Shown: positions 1 to 8,761 of the stretch, piece by piece
How the letters are laid out: each line of letters starts with the position of its first letter
Numbering within the stretch: the first letter of the stretch is position 1
Assembly (NCBI GenBank): GCA_040754095.1
Contig: JBFMFO010000003.1
Span: forward strand, 57,401 to 121,400
Length of the DNA: 64,000 nucleotides
Source of the DNA: Thermodesulfobacteriota bacterium
GTDB lineage: Bacteria; Desulfobacterota; QYQD01
Direction: 5' to 3'
Translations under genes and position numbers: made by a program
The notes under the pieces: generated by a model
Databases searched by the model: none
What the model saw: the letters and a program-made list of their open reading frames with translations, nothing else
Told to the model about the DNA's origin: nothing

Positions 1-149
1 AAGACACCCCGATGGAGAAGGTCTCGTTCAGCCACGGTGAGTTGATATTGGTTGCCTATCAGGGTGAGGGCGGCCCGGCGAGGATAATTGCGATTCAAGA
101 GATAGCGAAAATCATGGGCTGCCGTCTTTAGTGTGGCGGTATTCACCCG

Positions 150-731
150 TCAAAAACTGACCTTTGGGGCCTGCGTTGCCGTCCCAGGGGCCTGAAAGAA
201 TCCTGCCCTGGAAAATCCGAACATACCCGCCAGGATGTTGTCTGGAAAACTCCTGATCCTCGTATTGTATGACTGCACTGCCTCGTTATAGCGTCTCCTT
301 TCCGTGGCGATTCTGTTTTCCGTTCCCGCCAATTCATCCTGAAGACGCATAAAATTCTGATTGGCCTTGAGGTCAGGATATCTCTCCACAACTACGAGGA
401 GACGGCTCAGCGCCGAAGAAAGGGAATTATTGGCCTCAATCTTTTCTTCTATGGTACGGGCCTGTCCCACCCTGGCCCGCGCCTCGGTTACCGTGACCAG
501 TACCTCCTTTTCATGGGCCGCATAGCCCTTTACCACATTGACATAATTGGGTATCAGGTCATAGCGGCGCTGCAACTGGTTTTCCACCTGGGCCCATGCG
601 GCCTTTACGCCCTCATCCAGAGCCACCAACTGATTATAGGTTCCTTTTACAAAGGAATAGCTCATCAGCAGGACAACAGCAATTATCGCTATAATTATAA
701 TAAGCGACTTTCTACCCTTAGCATCAGCCAT
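150..731 (-). CDS. LemA family protein
   Basis: 193 aa with an N-terminal TM helix (IIIIAIIAVVLLMSY). Conserved LemA core motifs are present (QLVALDEGVKAAWAQVENQLQRRYDLIPN ... RRRYNEAVQSYN). ATG start at 731. Confidence 0.85.
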   Translation of the reverse strand: MADAKGRKSLIIIIAIIAVVLLMSYSFVKGTYNQLVALDEGVKAAWAQVENQLQRRYDLIPNYVNVVKGYAAHEKEVLVTVTEARARVGQARTIEEKIEANNSLSSALSRLLVVVERYPDLKANQNFMRLQDELAGTENRIATERRRYNEAVQSYNTRIRSFPDNILAGMFGFSRAGFFQAPGTATQAPKVSF

Positions 732-742
732 ATAGCCCCTCC

Positions 743-1414
743 TTAAGACAAACTGTCAACCACCTGCGCCAGCCGGTTAACCGCATCCAGGTATCCTTCC
801 AACAGATGCACTAACTCATCCTCAGAAGGTTTTTTCTTCCCCTCTTTCACCCGGAGCAAGGTCATAAAAATTTCCCTATCCAATTTCAGGGCATCCGTCA
901 ATTGTGAAATTATCTCATCCTCGGCGAATGGCGCTTCCCGGCCGAGGACATGAAGCAACCCGTAAAACACCATAATAAAGCCGGGCAGGGAGACGGCTAT
1001 CAGTTGCCGGATGTCCTTCCCTTTACCCCGCGTCTCCAGGTATTTCTTGCGGAGGAGAAGGAGCTTCCCCTTTATTTCCCTTTCGCATTGCAGGCGCACA
1101 TTAGCCTTATCAAAGGCAAGGGATTGAAGGACGTCCTCGCCGTGTTCGACGTGATAGTTCTTTTGAAAGGCCATGAACTCCAGGGGAAAGGTGTCCAGAG
1201 AAGCGCCTATATATGATTTGCTGAGAAATAGCGGCGTAGGTAATCCCTTTTTATGCCACTTGCGGACCACGTCAAATGCTCCGGCCGGCCGGCTTACTCC
1301 CCGGTCGGTAAGGACAATCAGGATGGCGGTCTCCGGCCAGGTCACTCTGGTGATTGAAAGCAACTCTGCGCCGTAAATAGCCTTATAATCTTCAACCAAT
1401 TCGCTTAGTTTCAT
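743..1414 (-). CDS. hypothetical protein co-operonic with LemA and TPM genes
   Basis: 223-aa ORF with an ATG start, tightly packed between the TPM gene and lemA on the same strand. No recognisable motif. Confidence 0.5.
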   Translation of the reverse strand: MKLSELVEDYKAIYGAELLSITRVTWPETAILIVLTDRGVSRPAGAFDVVRKWHKKGLPTPLFLSKSYIGASLDTFPLEFMAFQKNYHVEHGEDVLQSLAFDKANVRLQCEREIKGKLLLLRKKYLETRGKGKDIRQLIAVSLPGFIMVFYGLLHVLGREAPFAEDEIISQLTDALKLDREIFMTLLRVKEGKKKPSEDELVHLLEGYLDAVNRLAQVVDSLS

Positions 1415-1523
1415 GGTCTATTTCCATTCTTAAAAAATAACCACGTTGGTCCCAACTACTTCTAGAACCGGCCTTATTAATAACAGTTTAAGCTGCTTAA
1501 ACTGTTTAAACGGTTCAAATCGT

Positions 1524-2339
1524 CTAAAATCCCCGGCTGGCGCCGCCACCGCCGCTCATGCCCCCGCCAAACCCACCGAATCCCCCGCCAAAACCACCGA
1601 AATCGTCGTTTCCGAATCCGCCGCCACGGCCTATAGGCGGGAAAAAGATAATAGGCAGCCCGCCCATGCGGGAGCGCCTCCTTCCCAGAACTAGAAAGAA
1701 AAATAAAAACAGGGGCAGGACAGCCAATGGCCAGGAAGACGAACTGCGGTGTGCCTTCTTTAGCTCCATCTTCCCGGTAAGCTGGACTCCTGCGTCCCGG
1801 GCCACAATCTGCGTTATGGCCAGACTGCCGTTGAGAAGTCCCTGGCTGAAATCGCCTCTCTTAAACCAGAGAATTACATAATCATCGAGTATCTGGCCGA
1901 CCAGACCGTCAGGCAGTATTCCCTCGACGCCATAGCCGGTTTCTATCCGCACGCGCCGCTCTTTTTGGGCCAGGAGGATGAGAACGCCCCTGTCTTCCCC
2001 CTTTTTCCCTATGCCCCAGTCCTCATAAAGGCCGGTGGCATAGGTTTCTATGTCGGAGCCGCCGAGATCGGGCAGGGTAACTACTACCAATCCGGTCCCG
2101 GTTTTCTGCCATAGCTCCTGGGCCAGGTGGTTGATCTGATCGGCATGGACTGGTGATAAGACCCGTGCGAAGTCGTTGACCGGGCCTTTGTGCCGGGGAT
2201 AAGTGGCGGCAAATACAGGCTGAATACAAAGGACAAAAGACAGGAAGAATAGAAATAAAAAAAATCGGGCTGCTTTCAGATGACCCCCTGACCTCAATCC
2301 GCCGCAGGCGGAGAAGCAAAAGTTGATGTCATTAGTCAA
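1524..2339 (-). CDS. TPM-domain protein (YgcG-like) with Gly-rich C-terminal tail
   Basis: Signal/TM segment (ARFFLFLFFLSFVLCIQPVFA). TPM phosphatase-domain motifs follow (PVNDFARVLSP ... GTGLVVVTLPDLGG ... GVLILLAQKERRVRIETGYG). A second TM is present, and the C-terminus is GGGFGNDDFGGFGGGFGGFGGG. The true start is probably internal (near 2270) rather than the ATG at 2339. Confidence 0.8.
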   Translation of the reverse strand: MTNDINFCFSACGGLRSGGHLKAARFFLFLFFLSFVLCIQPVFAATYPRHKGPVNDFARVLSPVHADQINHLAQELWQKTGTGLVVVTLPDLGGSDIETYATGLYEDWGIGKKGEDRGVLILLAQKERRVRIETGYGVEGILPDGLVGQILDDYVILWFKRGDFSQGLLNGSLAITQIVARDAGVQLTGKMELKKAHRSSSSWPLAVLPLFLFFFLVLGRRRSRMGGLPIIFFPPIGRGGGFGNDDFGGFGGGFGGFGGGMSGGGGASRGF

Positions 2340-2412
2340 TAGTCATTTGTCACCAGTAAAGGCAATCTATCTTCCCAACTTAACCAATGACTAATGACCA
2401 GTGATGAGTGAC
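2327..2412. repeat. Intergenic inverted-repeat element, TGACTAATGACCAGTGAC family
   Basis: Arms gtcattagtcaatagtcatttgtcacc / ccaatgactaatgaccagtgatgagtgac. The same motif recurs at many intergenic sites in the window. Confidence 0.7.
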
Positions 2413-2479
2413 GTTTTGAACTTTAAACTTTGGACTTACCAGTCAGAGTCTTTGCGTTATGAAATTTAGAACTAAGGGG

Positions 2480-3418
2480 CTATAGTCCTGCGGCGGCAAG
2501 CTCTTCGACCAGATGTTTTTGGTTATTGTTCAGCTTGCCCGGGACCTTCACCATAATACGTACGTACAAATCCCCCCGTCCCGAACCATCCGGTAGCGGA
2601 AGCCCGAACCCCTTAATCCGCAGCCTGGTGTTGCTCTGGGTGCCGGCCGGCACACGTACGCTTAAATTTTTGCCATCCAGGGTCGGGACATCCACCTGTG
2701 AACCGAGGACAACGCTGCTGAAAGGTATTTCCCTGTCCAGTACCAGATTGAACCCTTCACGCTTGAATTGCGGATGTTCCAGCACCTTGATCTTTAAATA
2801 AAGATTGCCCGGCGGCCCTCCATGTAATCCGGGTCCGCCTTTACCCGGTATGCGCAACTTTTTCCCGTCTTCTATCCCTGCCGGTATCCTGACAGAGACC
2901 CTTTCCATGTGCCCGCCACGCTGGAAAGAGACGACCTTTTCCGCTCCATTAAACGCCTCTACCAGGCTGACCGGTAGTTCTAAAACGATATCTTCACCCT
3001 TCTGCCTTACGTCCTGATGAAACCGGAAGTCGCGGCCGGATTGCGGTCCCCCAAAGTTATAGTAGAATTGACGGGAGCTTCCCTTTTTGCCCTGCGAAAA
3101 GGCCTGGCCCAGGATGTCGCCAAAACTGAACCCAAACTCCTTAAAGATGCCGGAATAATCAAACCCACGAAAGATGTCTTCCTGAGAGAACCGCTGATGG
3201 AACTCTGTCGATCCGACGGTGTCGTATTGCTTCCTTTTTTCCGGATCACTCAGGACGGCGTAAGCCTCGCTGATCTGCTTAAACCTTTCCTCGGCGGCCT
3301 TATCCCCTTTATTACGGTCAGGGTGATACTTTAATGCCAATTTCCGGTAGGCCTTCTTGATCTCCTCAGCGGAGGCGCTTTTAGGAACTCCCAGGATTTT
3401 ATAATAGTCTTTGCTCAT
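2480..3418 (-). CDS. DnaJ-class co-chaperone, CbpA-like (J domain plus DnaJ C-terminal domains, no Zn finger)
   Basis: N-terminal J domain [33 protein letters not shown]. Length is 312 aa, Gly/Phe-rich in the middle, and no CxxCxGxG repeats. Confidence 0.85.
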   Translation of the reverse strand: MSKDYYKILGVPKSASAEEIKKAYRKLALKYHPDRNKGDKAAEERFKQISEAYAVLSDPEKRKQYDTVGSTEFHQRFSQEDIFRGFDYSGIFKEFGFSFGDILGQAFSQGKKGSSRQFYYNFGGPQSGRDFRFHQDVRQKGEDIVLELPVSLVEAFNGAEKVVSFQRGGHMERVSVRIPAGIEDGKKLRIPGKGGPGLHGGPPGNLYLKIKVLEHPQFKREGFNLVLDREIPFSSVVLGSQVDVPTLDGKNLSVRVPAGTQSNTRLRIKGFGLPLPDGSGRGDLYVRIMVKVPGKLNNNQKHLVEELAAAGL

Positions 3419-3424
3419 CGGTTA

Positions 3425-3530
3425 AACAAGGGAAGCTGTCAGCGGTCAGCAATCAGCCTTCAGTTTAATTTAATATGTTGTTTATCTTATTTTTTGGCTG
3501 ACAGATGAAAGCTGATAGCTGAGAGCTTTT
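3425..3530. repeat. Mosaic intergenic repeat, cagcggtcagc / gctgatagctga family, with a ttcggaaactatagtttccgaa hairpin
   Basis: Sequence motifs are shared with 10690-10850, 14640-14790, 19840-19990, 38530-38690 and 51720-51830. Confidence 0.6.
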
Positions 3531-3586
3531 ATTCGGAAACTATAGTTTCCGAATAAATAGTAATATAGTTTCTTAATTGTGCGATG

Positions 3587-4765
3587 TCAAGCCGACGGCT
3601 GATGGCCGGCAGCTTCTGTAAAAGGCAGGTAAACGGTAAAGGTTGAACCTGCTCCCGGCGCGCTTTCAAACTCTATGAAACCCCCCATCAGCTCAACAAA
3701 TTTTTTAGATATGGCAAGCCCGAGGCCTGAGCCTTGTTCTCCGCCTTCTTTCCTGGTTATTTTAGGAAACGGGGTAAATATCTTATCGCTGTCTCCCGGC
3801 TTTATGCCCTGACCGGTATCGGTTATGGCTATGGCCACCAAATCCCCCCTTATCCCCCCTTTAGTAAAGGGGGGTGAGGGGGGATTTGGGTCTTGTTGCA
3901 GCCGGCAATTTACGCTGATTTGTCCGCCCGCCTGGCTAAACTTTATGGCATTATCAAGGAGGTTTCGCAGAATAGTCTGCAGGCCTCTTTTATCTGCGGT
4001 GATACGGTCTGATTCCGGCGGCGTTTCCCGCCGGAAGGAGATACGCTTATTGTAGGCCATATTTTGCAGATCCATCCAGACCGTATCGATCAGGCCGGTT
4101 AGAGAGAGGGGTTCCGGACGGGGCGTAACACCCCCGGTCTCCAGCCTGGCTAGGAGCGAGATGTCATTAACCAGGGTCAGCAGTTGTCGCCCGTTCCGGT
4201 CGATCACGGAGAGAAATTCGCGCTGGTTGCTGTTTAACGGCCCGTAGTATTCATTGGCCAGCAGCTCAGCAAAACCGAGGATGCCGTTAAGGGGGCTGCG
4301 CAGTTCGTGGGAAGTTTTTGAAAGAAAGGCAAACTTTTGCTGCTCTGCCCGTTGCAACTCATGGCCGGCCCGACGCAACTCGTCATACAGCGACTTTATG
4401 CGCAACATAACCTTGACCCGGGTTGCCAAAATCAGGTTGTCAACCGGTTGCACTATATAATCGTCGGCCCCCATGTCCATGCCCTTTATCTTGGACTTTA
4501 AGTCGTCATAAGTGGCAGTCAGGAATACGATGGGGATATGCCTCATCTCAGGATCGCCCTTGAGTATCCGGCAGACCTCGAATCCATCCATAATCGGCAT
4601 CTGGATATCAAGGAGCACCACATCCGGGTGTTTTTCGCGGGCCAGCCGCACGGCCTCCAGGCCGTCCCCGGCGGGAATTATTGCACAGTCAATATTAGCG
4701 CGTAATATCTCACTCACCATAAAGCGGACATTGGGATTATCATCGGCGAGCAGTATGGCGTACAT
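3587..4765 (-). CDS. Hybrid response regulator-histidine kinase (N-terminal REC, HisKA, HATPase_c)
   Basis: REC domain (ILLADDNP ... VVLLDIQMPIMDGFEV). H-box SHELRSPLNGILGFAELL, N-box LLDNAIKFS, G1 DTGQGI, G2 GSGLGLAI. A 54-nt palindromic insertion lies between the N and G1 boxes. Confidence 0.85.
   Translation of the reverse strand: MYAILLADDNPNVRFMVSEILRANIDCAIIPAGDGLEAVRLAREKHPDVVLLDIQMPIMDGFEVCRILKGDPEMRHIPIVFLTATYDDLKSKIKGMDMGADDYIVQPVDNLILATRVKVMLRIKSLYDELRRAGHELQRAEQQKFAFLSKTSHELRSPLNGILGFAELLANEYYGPLNSNQREFLSVIDRNGRQLLTLVNDISLLARLETGGVTPRPEPLSLTGLIDTVWMDLQNMAYNKRISFRRETPPESDRITADKRGLQTILRNLLDNAIKFSQAGGQISVNCRLQQDPNPPSPPFTKGGIRGDLVAIAITDTGQGIKPGDSDKIFTPFPKITRKEGGEQGSGLGLAISKKFVELMGGFIEFESAPGAGSTFTVYLPFTEAAGHQPSA
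3838..3892. repeat. G5/C5-run palindromic element inserted in-frame in the HK gene
   Basis: The sequence aaatcccccttatcccccctttagtaaaggggggtgaggggggatttgg is a near-perfect hairpin. It encodes DPNPPSPPFTKGGIRGDL within the kinase ATP-lid region. Intergenic copies lie at 5868-5935, 6121-6210 and 6287-6336. Confidence 0.75.
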
Positions 4766-4993
4766 GTAATCTCCTTTCAGATCAGCTTTCAGCCTTCAGC
4801 TTTGGGCTTTGAGCTTATTTGCTTTTCCCCAGCCATTCTTCCACCTTTTTAAGAACTTCGGCCGGTGGAACAGGTTTGGCTACGCGCCGGAAGCCGCGAG
4901 AATCATATTCGGTCTTCTGCCGGACGTTGACAAGGAATTCCTGCAAGTAGCCTTTTCCTTTATCCACTTTCTTCGACTATCAGCTTTTAACGA

Positions 4994-5560
4994 TCATGAG
5001 AACTCAATGATTTTTTTGATTAGAGCGGTCCAATCCAGGGGCTTGGCAAAGAAGGCGTCTGCGCCGCATTTCAGTGCTTTTTTTCTGTATCCTTCCTCTG
5101 CATGGGCTGTAGTAACTATTACTTTGATATGTTTGGTACAATCATTGGATTTAATCCTGGTACAGACTTCAAACCCATCCATCTTAGGCATCATCAGGTC
5201 CAGGATCACGATTTTTGGTTTGACCTCGCCAATTTTATAAATGGCCTCAAATCCGTCGCCGGCGGTATGAACCTGGTATCTATCTTTGGCTGCCAGGAAG
5301 GCAGCCTCAAAGAGTTTAAGGTCATAAGGATTATCATCAACCACCAGGATGTGATTTTTACCGGGATTAACGGCCTCCGGCGGAACTGCATCTTTGCCGG
5401 CCAGGAAATTAAGCAACTCCCCTCTTCTTATCTTACGATGGCCGCCCGGGGTTACGAAGGCATTGAGGATGCCTTCATCTATCCATCGGGTGATGGTTGT
5501 CCGGGTTACCCCGCAAATCTTGCCAGCTTCTGAGGTTGTAAGGTATTCTGATACATTCAT
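4994..5560 (-). CDS. DNA-binding response regulator (N-terminal MerR/excisionase-type HTH plus REC)
   Basis: HTH LTTSEAGKICGVTRTTITRWIDEGIL. REC domain ILVVDDNPYDL ... IVILDLMMPKMDGFEV ... KPLD. Confidence 0.8.
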   Translation of the reverse strand: MNVSEYLTTSEAGKICGVTRTTITRWIDEGILNAFVTPGGHRKIRRGELLNFLAGKDAVPPEAVNPGKNHILVVDDNPYDLKLFEAAFLAAKDRYQVHTAGDGFEAIYKIGEVKPKIVILDLMMPKMDGFEVCTRIKSNDCTKHIKVIVTTAHAEEGYRKKALKCGADAFFAKPLDWTALIKKIIEFS

Positions 5561-5665
5561 CTGAAGACACCTTTCTCCAGCAGACCGGAAGTCCGTAGTT
5601 TTTCGCTTATATACTACTTTTCGGACATTGTTACAATTAAGTTAACATAATGTTTTGTGCAGCTT

Positions 5666-5735
5666 CGTAGGGTGGGCTAAGCCCACCAAAACTACTACGC
5701 CGCCAATGATGGTGGGCTAAGCCCACCCTACGGCT
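5666..5735. repeat. Paired palindromic repeats GTAGGGTGGGCTAAGCCCACC ... GGTGGGCTAAGCCCACCCTAC
   Basis: Each half is a perfect hairpin. Related copies lie at 6254-6282, 6412-6436 and 24819-24888. Confidence 0.75.
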
Positions 5736-5749
5736 ACGGCACTATAAAT

Positions 5750-5830
5750 CCGAATATCGAAATCCGAAACAAATCCGAAATCAAAATGCTCAAATGACCA
5801 AAACATAATTGTTTGTAACACGTTAGCTGT
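5750..5830. repeat. Solo terminal inverted repeat of the ~300 bp MITE family (aatccgaaa...caaatgaccaaaa)
   Basis: Matches the reverse complement of the 3' terminus of the MITE copies at 16790-17125 and 18750-19085. Confidence 0.6.
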
Positions 5831-5867
5831 TTGAAAAGAGCTGGTCGTCCAGAAAACGGCGCCTCGA

Positions 5868-5935
5868 AAATCCCCCTTAATCCCCCTTTTTCAAAGGGGG
5901 AATGTAGGGGGCCCCCCCTGTCAGCGGTAATCTGA
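5868..5935. repeat. G5/C5-run palindromic element (cccccttaatccccctttttcaaagggggaatgtagggggcccccc)
   Basis: Hairpin-forming. An inverted partner copy lies at 6121-6210, with flanking ctgtcagcggt / accgctgacag. Confidence 0.7.
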
Positions 5936-6120
5936 ATATGCATCAGATCTGGCAACATGAAAATGCCGGTCTTCTTCCCAAAATGCTCAATCAATACTGT
6001 TCTTCTCTTCTTCGTATTCTTGTAAGTATTTGAGTTCACAGGGTTCACATGCACCATGCAAGCATACTCTATGCCACAAAAGTGCTGCATTTTCAAATTG
6101 CCCGTTTTCTTACGTTTTCA

Positions 6121-6210
6121 CGGGACCGCTGACAGGGCCCCCTTTTTCAAAGGGGGGAAATGTTTCTCCTCCCTTTGGAAAAGGGAGGTTGGGAGGGATT
6201 TTAAAATACT
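6121..6210. repeat. G5/C5-run palindromic elements (two adjacent copies)
   Basis: gggccccctttttcaaaggggggaaatg and ctcctccctttggaaaagggaggttgggaggg. Confidence 0.7.
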
Positions 6211-6253
6211 TCTTCAAATAGCTAAGCTGATACAATTGGTTAAAATTTAGCCA

Positions 6254-6336
6254 TGTAGGGTGGGCAAAGCCCACCCTACGGGACTTAAATCCCCCTCACC
6301 CCCCCTTTGGAAAAGGGGGGGTGAGGGGGATTTGGC
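6254..6336. repeat. GTAGGGTGGGCAAAGCCCACCCTAC palindrome followed by a G5/C5 palindrome (aaatccccctcaccccccctttggaaaagggggggtgagggggattt)
   Basis: Both are perfect inverted repeats read directly from the sequence. Confidence 0.8.
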
Positions 6337-6411
6337 AAGTTTATATGTTTAATTGCCGGAGTAATAGTAGGATAGTCCCGCACGATGGGTTTTACCCGCT
6401 ATCCTTCTCTC

Positions 6412-6436
6412 GGTGGGCAAAGCCCACCCTACGTGA
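6412..6436. repeat. GGTGGGCAAAGCCCACCCTAC palindrome copy
   Basis: Same core as 5666-5735 and 6254-6282. Confidence 0.7.
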
Positions 6437-6626
6437 CTACCCATCATTCCATTATTCCACCATCCATTTATCTATAGGTATTCAAAGAGCCAAGATGTTA
6501 CTTTCGACCAACATGCACAACAAGAAGTCGTATTATTCGTTTTTTTCTTAATGTTTTTTTGGGTGTGCCGATAAGGAAGGAACGAAGGCGTATCGCAAAT
6601 CATACTCTTCAAGAGGAGGTAAGAAG

Positions 6627-8624
6627 ATGAACCTGTTTAAACGAGAAGAAAACAAGGCAAAGGATTATGAGAGTGAGTTACAGGAGGCCCGGGCGCAGGC
6701 CAGGCGCTGTGAAAGTATCTTATCTGCTATAGCCGCACCCATGTTTGTGACCGATAAAGACCTGGTGATTACCTCTATAAATGACGCCGCGCTGAAGGCC
6801 ATGGGCTACAGTCGGGATGAGGTAGTGGGGAAGATGACCTGTGCCCAGTTTTCCAAGACCCCGCTCTGCGGCACGGCCCAGTGCACGATTAAGAACTGCA
6901 TGCGCACCGGCGACGTAATCAACGGTGAGACGGTGGCCGAGACCAGGGACGGAAGGAAGGTGCCCATCCAGGCGGCCTGTTCGGCCCTCTTTGACGAGCA
7001 GGGAAAGCCCTACGGCGGCATGGAGGTCATCCTAGACCGGACCGAGGCAGTCAAGGCCAAGTGGGAGGTAGATAATATCCTCAAATCCGCCGCCGCGCCC
7101 ATGTTTGTGACCGATAAAGACCTGGTGATCACCTCCATCAATGATGTGGCGTTAAAGGCCATGGGCTACAGTCGGGATGAGGTGGTGGGGAAGATGACCT
7201 GCGCCCAGTTTGCCAGGACTCCCCTCTGCGGCACGGCCCAGTGCACGATAAAGAACTGCATGCGCACCGGCGACGTAATCAACGGTGAGACGGTGGCCGA
7301 GACCAGGGACGGCAGAAAGGTGCCCATCCAGGCGGCCTGTTCGGCCCTCTTTGACGAGCAGGGAAAGCCCTACGGCGGCATGGAGGTCATCATAGACATA
7401 ACAGAGGTCAAACGCCTCCAGAAAGAGGCCGATGAACAACGTGAATACCTGGAAAGACAGGTGGCCATGCTGGTAAAAGAATTACATACCCTGAGCCTCG
7501 GAGACCTGTCGGTAAACATTGTCGCGGAAAGACAGGATGAGATCGCCAGGGTCATAGAAAGTTTAAATAAGGTTATTGAAAGTCTCCGGGAGACCGCCCG
7601 GGTAGCGGAAGCTGTTGCCCGGGGAGACCTGACCGTAGAAATCACACTCAAGTCAGAAAAGGATGTCCTTGGAAATGCCTTTAAGAAAATGATTAACGAC
7701 TTGCGGAATATCGTCGGCAATATAAAAGAGGCGTCCGACAATGTGGCCTCCGGCAGTCAGCAAACCAGCAGTACGGCCGCGCAACTCTCACAGGGTTCTA
7801 CCGAACAGGCGTCCAGTATTGAAGAGGTGTCCAGCTCCATGGAGGAGATGAACAGTACGGTAAATCAGAATGCCGACAATGCCAGGCAGACCACCTCCAT
7901 TGCCGAGAAGGCCGCCGGCAATGCCCAGGAAAGCGGCAAGGCCGTGGCGGAGGCGGTAGGGGCCATGAAACAGATCGCGGAAAAAATATCCATCATTGAA
8001 GAAATCGCCCGCCAGACCAATCTGTTAGCCTTAAATGCGGCCATCGAGGCGGCCCGGGCCGGGGAACATGGGCGGGGGTTTGCGGTGGTGGCGGCCGAGG
8101 TGCGCAAGCTGGCCGAGCGCAGCCAGACCGCAGCCCAGGAGATCGCCAATCTATCGGGGAGCAGTGTTCAGGTGGCCGAACATGCCGGCGCTCTGGTGGC
8201 CGAACTGGTTCCCAATATCCAGAAGACCGCCGAGCTGGTTCAGGAGATAAATGCCTCCAGCACCGAGCAGGCCAGCGGTATCCGGCAGGTGACTCAGTCT
8301 ATTCAACAGCTCGACCAGGTGGTGCAGCAGAATGCCAGCGCTGCCGAAGAGATGTCCGCAACCGCCGAGGAACTTACGTCCCAGGCCGAGCGGCTGCGCG
8401 AGTCCGTTAATTTCTTCAAGCTGGATGACCAGGGTGGTCAGGGGATGAAACAATCGGGAGCCGGGCGTAGTCCCCGTGCCGACATCCCTAAACTGTCTGC
8501 CCACAAACCGGCGCGCCCCGGCGCATCTGCGAGCGGCAGTGTGACTAAGCCGCAGATAACAACCGGGGTTGATATAGTCCTGGGTAAGAATGATATGGAC
8601 GACCGGGAGTTTGAAAGAATTTAA
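6627..8624 (+). CDS. Cytoplasmic methyl-accepting chemotaxis protein with two tandem Cys-rich PAS-like modules, HAMP and MCP signalling domain
   Basis: Strong RBS AGAGGAGG. No TM segments. Two 120-aa repeats each carry [23 protein letters not shown]. The MCP tip motif is [37 protein letters not shown]. The C-terminal tail ends REFERI. Confidence 0.9.
   Translation: MNLFKREENKAKDYESELQEARAQARRCESILSAIAAPMFVTDKDLVITSINDAALKAMGYSRDEVVGKMTCAQFSKTPLCGTAQCTIKNCMRTGDVINGETVAETRDGRKVPIQAACSALFDEQGKPYGGMEVILDRTEAVKAKWEVDNILKSAAAPMFVTDKDLVITSINDVALKAMGYSRDEVVGKMTCAQFARTPLCGTAQCTIKNCMRTGDVINGETVAETRDGRKVPIQAACSALFDEQGKPYGGMEVIIDITEVKRLQKEADEQREYLERQVAMLVKELHTLSLGDLSVNIVAERQDEIARVIESLNKVIESLRETARVAEAVARGDLTVEITLKSEKDVLGNAFKKMINDLRNIVGNIKEASDNVASGSQQTSSTAAQLSQGSTEQASSIEEVSSSMEEMNSTVNQNADNARQTTSIAEKAAGNAQESGKAVAEAVGAMKQIAEKISIIEEIARQTNLLALNAAIEAARAGEHGRGFAVVAAEVRKLAERSQTAAQEIANLSGSSVQVAEHAGALVAELVPNIQKTAELVQEINASSTEQASGIRQVTQSIQQLDQVVQQNASAAEEMSATAEELTSQAERLRESVNFFKLDDQGGQGMKQSGAGRSPRADIPKLSAHKPARPGASASGSVTKPQITTGVDIVLGKNDMDDREFERI
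6727..7410 (+). repeat. Tandem direct duplication (two 360-bp copies, about 95% nucleotide identity) inside the MCP gene
   Basis: 6727-7050 versus 7087-7410. The 3' halves are almost base-for-base identical. Confidence 0.85.
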
Positions 8625-8761
8625 TCCACAGATTACGCAGATTACACAGATATTCGTGAGTTATTGGGTTAAATCCCCCGTAGCTTGCTGCGGGGTAGTT
8701 CATTTTTTCCTTAATAAATTTTTTCGCTTACCGATAAATGAGTATAGCTCATGGCTCATAG

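Noticed and set aside
5868-6336. Possible CRISPR array formed by the G/C-run palindromes
   Set aside because: Repeats are not identical, spacing is irregular (about 200, 25 and 90 bp), the units are themselves palindromic and they also occur singly elsewhere (3838). No cas genes are present. They are REP/MITE-like, not CRISPR.
5734-6551. ORF-track ORFs 5734-6096(-), 6030-6221(+), 6056-6250(+) and 6321-6551(+) as candidate small proteins
   Set aside because: They are translations of the palindromic repeat families (PFxKGG peptides come from the G5/C5 hairpins). They have no RBS and overlap each other, so they are treated as non-coding repeat DNA.
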